From Vitrella brassicaformis CCMP3155 (lineage: Eukaryota > Protista > Chromerida), in assembly GCA_001179505.1 (NCBI GenBank), contig CDMY01000503.1, positions 1 through 63,463 of the forward strand: 63,463 nucleotides of DNA, in the 5' to 3' direction. The notes beneath the pieces were generated by a model, which was given only the letters and a program-made list of their open reading frames with translations, was not told where the DNA came from and searched no databases. Below, in pieces: positions 57,987 through 63,463 of this stretch. Position 1 is the first letter of the stretch; the number at the start of each line of letters is the position of its first letter. The position numbers and the translations under genes are program-made.

Positions 57987-60900
57987 TGGGCTGACTGACT
58001 GACCGCCTTTTTCCCCGGTGCCTTCCTGTGCGTCGATTTGTACGCCCTTTTGTTTCTTGATGAGTGCGACGGCCTGTTTGATGGGCATGACCTGGCCGTC
58101 AACGATGACCTCCTGGCTGTCGTCCTCCAGCTCCTCCTCAGTGTTGTACACACGGTCTCGCTCGTCGCCGTCCAATCCCTGAAAGGTGTGGTCGCTCGCT
58201 GATTGATGTGATTGATGTGACGTAGCCATCACATCACACGCACACACAGTCAGACACAGACAGACAGACAGACAGACAGAGAGTGGGTGAGAGAGGGTGA
58301 TGCGTGTGTGTGTGTGTGTGATGTGCACATGTATACATTTGATGCGAATGAATCCAGTGGGTCGTCTGGTCTTCAGTTTGGATGGCTTCTCCTCCTGCTC
58401 CTCCTGACTCCCTGAGGCTGATCCACATACATATTATCACACACACACACAAATCGTATGGACTACCTCATCGTGCATGCTGTAGTCTGTCCTCACTGCC
58501 TGACCTTTCTTTGACTGACCTTTGACTTTTTCCTTAGCCCCCTGTCCGATGACGGAGGCCTGGCTGTCGAACTGCAGGTTGCCGCCGCCAGCCTTGCGGC
58601 TGATGGCCTCAGTGATGACCACCGGCACGGAGCCGCCGGGCCCCTTGGATGGGCCGGTGATGCCGAGCCCCACGTGCTGCGCCTGCTGCAGCTGCACCTG
58701 CTGACGCACCTGGGCATCTTGCTGGGACGGGGGGCCCTCCGATGTCGGTGGCGACCCGCCCTTGGGGAACTCCTGCAGCTCCTCCAGCTGGGACCCAGAT
58801 CTGTGGGGACCCATACACACATACACACACACCGATGGAGGACACAAGAAGGAAATAATGGCTGGCTGGTGGTGTCGTTGTCACGTACCGGAATGCGACG
58901 CGCTGTTGTCCCCTGGGTGTTCTGCGGCCATCGGCGTCGGACGCCTGCAACTCGTTGGGCGGCACCGGCAGCAAACTGAACCGAGGAACGAATGAACGAA
59001 TGAATGCATCACACACCCACACATAAATAACCTGCCCATACATGTCTCGTGCGTACCCCTCGGCAGGGACAGCAGGTGCGGGTGATGGTTCGCGCACCCC
59101 GTCGCCCGGCGCCGCAGCGGCCCTCTGCTGGCCACCACCCTGCTGCTGCTGCTGCATGGCGAGCCCGGCGGCCTGTGGGAAGCCGAATAGCGGGTGAGGG
59201 ACCATGGGAGCCATCATGGGCATCATGGGCATCATCATGGCGGGGTTGTACCCCGGGGTGGCGTGTGGCGGTGGGGGGAGGTTGTAGTTGTAGTTGAAGT
59301 GGAAATTGCTGTTGGGCTGCCCAGGGCCGGGGGGGCTGTTGTCGCTGCCCGGAGAGGGCGAGGCGTCGAGTGCGAATGGGAAGGGCGAGTAGGGCGGCTG
59401 GGGGGGATACCCCAAGGCGTCCTCCTCTGGGATGGGCTCGTTCGTCCCCATCGCTGGGCCGCCCATCATACCCATTGGGGCGCCATACATCAACTGAGGA
59501 ACAAACACAACACAACATCAGCAGTCGGTGTCTCTTTCCCTCTGCTTTGCCAGTGATCTCATTGGCTGCCAACATACATTTTTGCCGTTGCGTCCCGGCG
59601 CCCCGGCCCGCTGCTGTCCGCCCTGCACGGCCTGCTGCCCCACTCTAGCGGCCTGCACGTCGCTGGGGAGGTGGTAGTGGTAGTGGTACTGGTATGACGC
59701 GCTCCGCTGGTCCTGCCCGTTGGCCGCCCCCAGGCCGTTGGCGCCCATGTCCTCCTTGGCGGGCGGCAGCTGGCCCTCACGACCCGCCGGACCAAAGGGA
59801 CGGGGCACTGAACGCGGCGACGAGAGGGGCGATGCACCGAAGTCGATGAGGTTGAGGTCCAGGTCGGGGTAGGCGTAGTTGGAACGATTCGCAAACACAC
59901 GACGGCTCTGATATATTGACACACGGAGGAAGCGAAATACAATCAATGGCTGGTGTGTCTGTCGGCTGTCTGGCTACAGTACAGTCAGTGGCTACTGACT
60001 GACTGACAGACAGACCTTGAAAGGGTAGCTGTATGCTTGCATGTGAGGAGACGCGCTGCTGGATCGCCTGCGAGGAATCTCGTTGCCGGCGCTCAGAGAG
60101 AGCGGCTGGTGGGGGTGCGGCGGCGGAGGAGCTATGTCAAACAGCCCACCGGGCAAACTGCGCCTGTGTATATATATTGCAGACAGACAGACAGACAGAA
60201 GGTGAGGATGAATGGGATGGCATGGGTTCACCACACCGACACATCGGTGGGTACAGTACCTACCGGCGGGACTGTCCGTTGTCGTCTGCCGCCTCCCCCT
60301 GTGAGAGGTTGGCGATCATCTGCTCCACGCCCGCACGACGCTGCAACAACTTGCCGCTCTGAAGGCACACACACACACACACACAGACACAGACACATGC
60401 GGCAGATGACTGACCTACGTGGCTGTGTGTGGGTGTCGATTGGTGTGAGTTGGTGTGCAGTGTTGTGGTGCAGTGCAGTGCAGTGCGGCCGGACCATACC
60501 ATCCAAGAAGCCGTGACGAGAAGCTGCTGCAGTCGGGTGATGAAGGCGTGCAGACAAAACAATATCGCACCCAACTCCTGCACAACAAACAAAGAAACGC
60601 CCACACACGTGTGTGGTGCATCCCTTAATGCATCCCTCCCCGCCTTGCCCGGCTTCTGGACCTTTGATTTCTCCAGCTCCTGGTCTGGAAATCTGGCGAC
60701 CTCCTGGAACAACGCCTCGTTGAAATGCTTGCTGTGGACAACACACACACACACACACACACACGAGTGAGTTGAGTCGCTCGTTGTGCGGGTGTGTGTG
60801 CCCGCCCATATCTGTTTCCTTCTTACATGCCCTCGCTGGAGAGTTTCTGTATGTATGCCAACTCAGTTGCGAGCTTGAGGATGGTTAGCTGGCTCTGCTG

Positions 60901-61323
60901 GAAGTTCTCGATGCTGTAAAACGACGTGCCGCGCAGCGGGGCGTGGCTCAAGTTGTACAGGTCCTGATACAGTAGACACACAAGTGAAGTTGGACACACA
61001 CGACACGACATGACACACAGATTGATTGATTGACATACACACGAGCGGATGGATGACGTGAGAATGCACGCCTCTCCCTCCCTCCCTCCCTCCCTCCCTC
61101 CCTGCCCGGCTTGTTGTCTCTTTATTTCCCTGACCTTGAGTCTGTCTTCTATGGGTCGTTCCTCTTCCCCAATCACGCGCTGCCCCGGGACGTTGGTCGA
61201 GGTCACAGGCGGGGGCGACGAGGGCATCGAGGGGCCGGCTGGCGGCGGGCTGCCCTCACCACCACCAGACGAACCCTTGGCGGCCGGCGCTGCCGGAGGA
61301 GGGGCCTTCCCACGGCTCGACAT
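56090..61323 (-). CDS. Large hypothetical low-complexity protein (at least 15 exons, spans a gap); small N-terminal helical region, then Pro/Gln-rich and acidic regions
   Basis: Start MSSRGKAPPP at 61323; exons LYNLSHAPLRGTSFYSIENFQQ, HFNEALFQEVARFPDQ and ELGAILFCLHAFITRLQQLL; ends ERRKAASPKK* at 56090. It could be two genes; not all junctions were checked. Confidence 0.55.
56348..56647. other. Assembly gap (300 N) inside the minus-strand gene
   Basis: Directly visible; a C-run lies on the right flank. Confidence 0.98.
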
Positions 61324-62200
61324 GAGCTGCTCGGGCTATCCAACGAAGAAAAAGGCGCACCGGATGCTCCTCTCACTCGAATGAATGCTCCTGTGACTCG
61401 TGCGCGTCGTAGAAAACTGCTGCCCTGAGGGAAGCTTGCATACCCTTTGCGAGCTTTGAACTCGCAAGATTTGGCACAAGGAAGGAAGTGTTGGGAGAGG
61501 ATGGCTGACCTCCCGGTGTGTATGTGACGCCACTGGGTTTTCTCATCTGGACAAAACTGGCCTGACTCGGAAGAGGACTGGAGATCTTTCAGCTTCAACC
61601 CCCCCTGTGGCGTTGGTTGAGGACAGCAAGCAAGGTGGGCAGACAGACACACGACACCTGGGGGAGGGGGCAGGAGGGGCGAGGGTGGGCGCTGTGACGA
61701 GAATGGGGGACTGATGAGATGGTCTCGCGTGTGTCCGTTGTGTTGCTTGCTGCAGGGAGGGAGGGATCTTTGAGTGAGGACGGATCAGCTAAGGTGGGTG
61801 ACACATAAGAGGAAGGGGTGCGCCCCGCCGGTGGGGTCAGTTTGGCATCACGTCTCTCGCCGCTCTGCGTTGTGTGTGTTGCAGACACGTGTGTTGTGTG
61901 TCAGTCAGTCAGTCGGTCGGTCATCGGTGGCTGCCAACATCCCATAGTGCTCTCTGGACTAGTCTGAAATAGCACCTCTCTACCTCTATCTACCGACCTA
62001 GCTTCCTACCTGTCTGTCTGCCTGCCTGCCTGATCCTCTGTTTCCCCCATCCATCGGCGTGGCCTGCCCTTATCGCTGCGTTGCGTGGGTTCATCCTTTC
62101 CTTGTCTCTCTCTTATTTCTATCGTTCCATCGTCCCTTCCCTCCATCCGCCCGCCCCGCCCGCCCTTTCGGCCGGTAGCGGAGTGTGGGGGGTCCGTGCG

Positions 62201-63463
62201 ATGCCTGTGCCCCTCCCGTCTCACCTCTCGCCCACTATCAACCTCCCTTCAGCAGGATCTATCTGCCAACAAGACGACAAACAGCAGCAGCAGCAGCAGC
62301 AGAGCCAGCAGCAACAGCAGGCAGCTATAGCAGCAGCAGCGAGTGGCGGCGGCGTGACGCCCTTCTCGTGGGAGAGACAGGCCAACAACCCCTCCTTCAT
62401 ACCCATGGACTTTCAGTCACAGCAACAGCAACAGCAACAGCCTCCCCGGGGTGCGGGCGACACGGGCAACCATCGGCAGCCAGCGGGTGCGTCCCCCAGC
62501 CACACAAACAGCTCGTCCAGTTCGGCCACCGGGGTGATGCAGCCCTTCACCGGCCCACCACACACGGGCTCATCCCACAACGGCACTACTGGCACCCTGC
62601 AGCAGCAGCCGCCATCTGGTGGTGGAGGTGGGGGTGGTGACCATGACCGACAGCAGCTGCTCCTCGATCTACTGGCGGCCGGGGGCGCGGGCGCACTCGG
62701 AGGCGACAACAATCACCAGCAGCAGCAGGACATCACCACTACCGACAGGGCCACCGGTGCCATCCCCCCGGGGCTTGACCTGGATGCGCCCGTCGAGCGG
62801 ATCACTGCCCGTCAGCTGCTGTCTCTGCTGACCGAGGCGGCCAAGGCGTCCTCAAGCCCCCAGCCGCCGGCCATCGGGCAGCAGCAGGGATACAGTGGTG
62901 CACAGACGACCGGCTATATGCAGCAGCAGACACTGCAGACCGAAGGTACACACACACACATGCCACACACAGATACAATGTCAATGTGTGTGTGTGTGTG
63001 TGTCAGGCGTGTCGTCTCTGGCGCCAGGATCAGGCCTGGGTCGAGGCCTTCGGCCGCTGCAGTCGGCTGGGCGTCCAGGGCAGGCGCCCACGGCCCTTTA
63101 CGTGGACCCCTGGACGCCCACCGCCCCGGCCTACACCACCGAGCCACCGCCCCTGATGGCCACGCCACCCAACGTGGCCACCGGGGCTGGCGGACTCACA
63201 GCCAGGCCATGGCATGGGACACCCGCAGGACAGAAGCGCAAGGATCAGACACCCATGGTCAGTCAGTCAGCACACAACAGAGGCAGAGACAAGACAACGG
63301 GTAGAACACGGTGGCCATAGTATGTCTCTCCCTGTGTGTGTGTGTGTGTGTGTTGGGTTTAGGAGGAGTTTCTCAACAACGATCGCTACGCGGGCAGCAG
63401 TGCCACCCCATCAGCATCGCAGCAGCAGGTGTATGCCAGTGGCACCACCACCACCACCACCCC
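62201..63463 (+). CDS. Gln/Gly/Pro-rich protein, 3'-partial (possible regulator N-terminus)
   Basis: Exon 1 to 62945 with poly-Q runs, intron 62946-63006, exon 63007-~63257, and next exon from ~63363 (EEFLNNDRY). The start could also be MDFQ at ~62405. Confidence 0.6.

Overview
Eukaryotic nuclear DNA that is GC-rich, gene-dense and intron-dense. Introns are short (about 45-140 nt) and full of (CA)/(TG), (CAGA)/(TCTG) and (GTCA) microsatellites. Style and gene content suggest a chromerid alveolate, most likely Vitrella brassicaformis (inference, not verified). All genes were reconstructed by eye across GT-AG junctions, so outer coordinates are approximate. Recognisable genes: tRNA-Thr(AGT); a RING-finger protein; a bacterial-type class I FBPase homologue that has lost its catalytic residues; a Cys-rich ectodomain/multi-TM (CRMP-like) protein; two tandem iGluR-like channels lacking the amino-terminal domain, each head-to-head with a copy (one truncated) of a cyclic-nucleotide-binding-domain K+ channel; a LITAF-domain membrane protein; endonuclease III; and the axonemal dynein intermediate chain WDR63/DNAI3/IC140. 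The 28.3-43.6 kb interval is a mosaic of reshuffled coiled-coil/RRHSAP exon modules ending in a stathmin-like gene. There are three 300-N assembly gaps. No CRISPR array, rRNA or autonomous transposon was found. Top leads: (1) introns with (AC)n near the 5' splice site and complementary (GT)n near the 3' splice site, suggesting structure-guided splicing; (2) a stathmin-like protein with 50-51-aa repeats and exon-duplicated PKA/14-3-3 motifs; (3) a pseudo-FBPase that keeps its sugar-phosphate pocket; (4) the duplicated iGluR/K+-channel pair.
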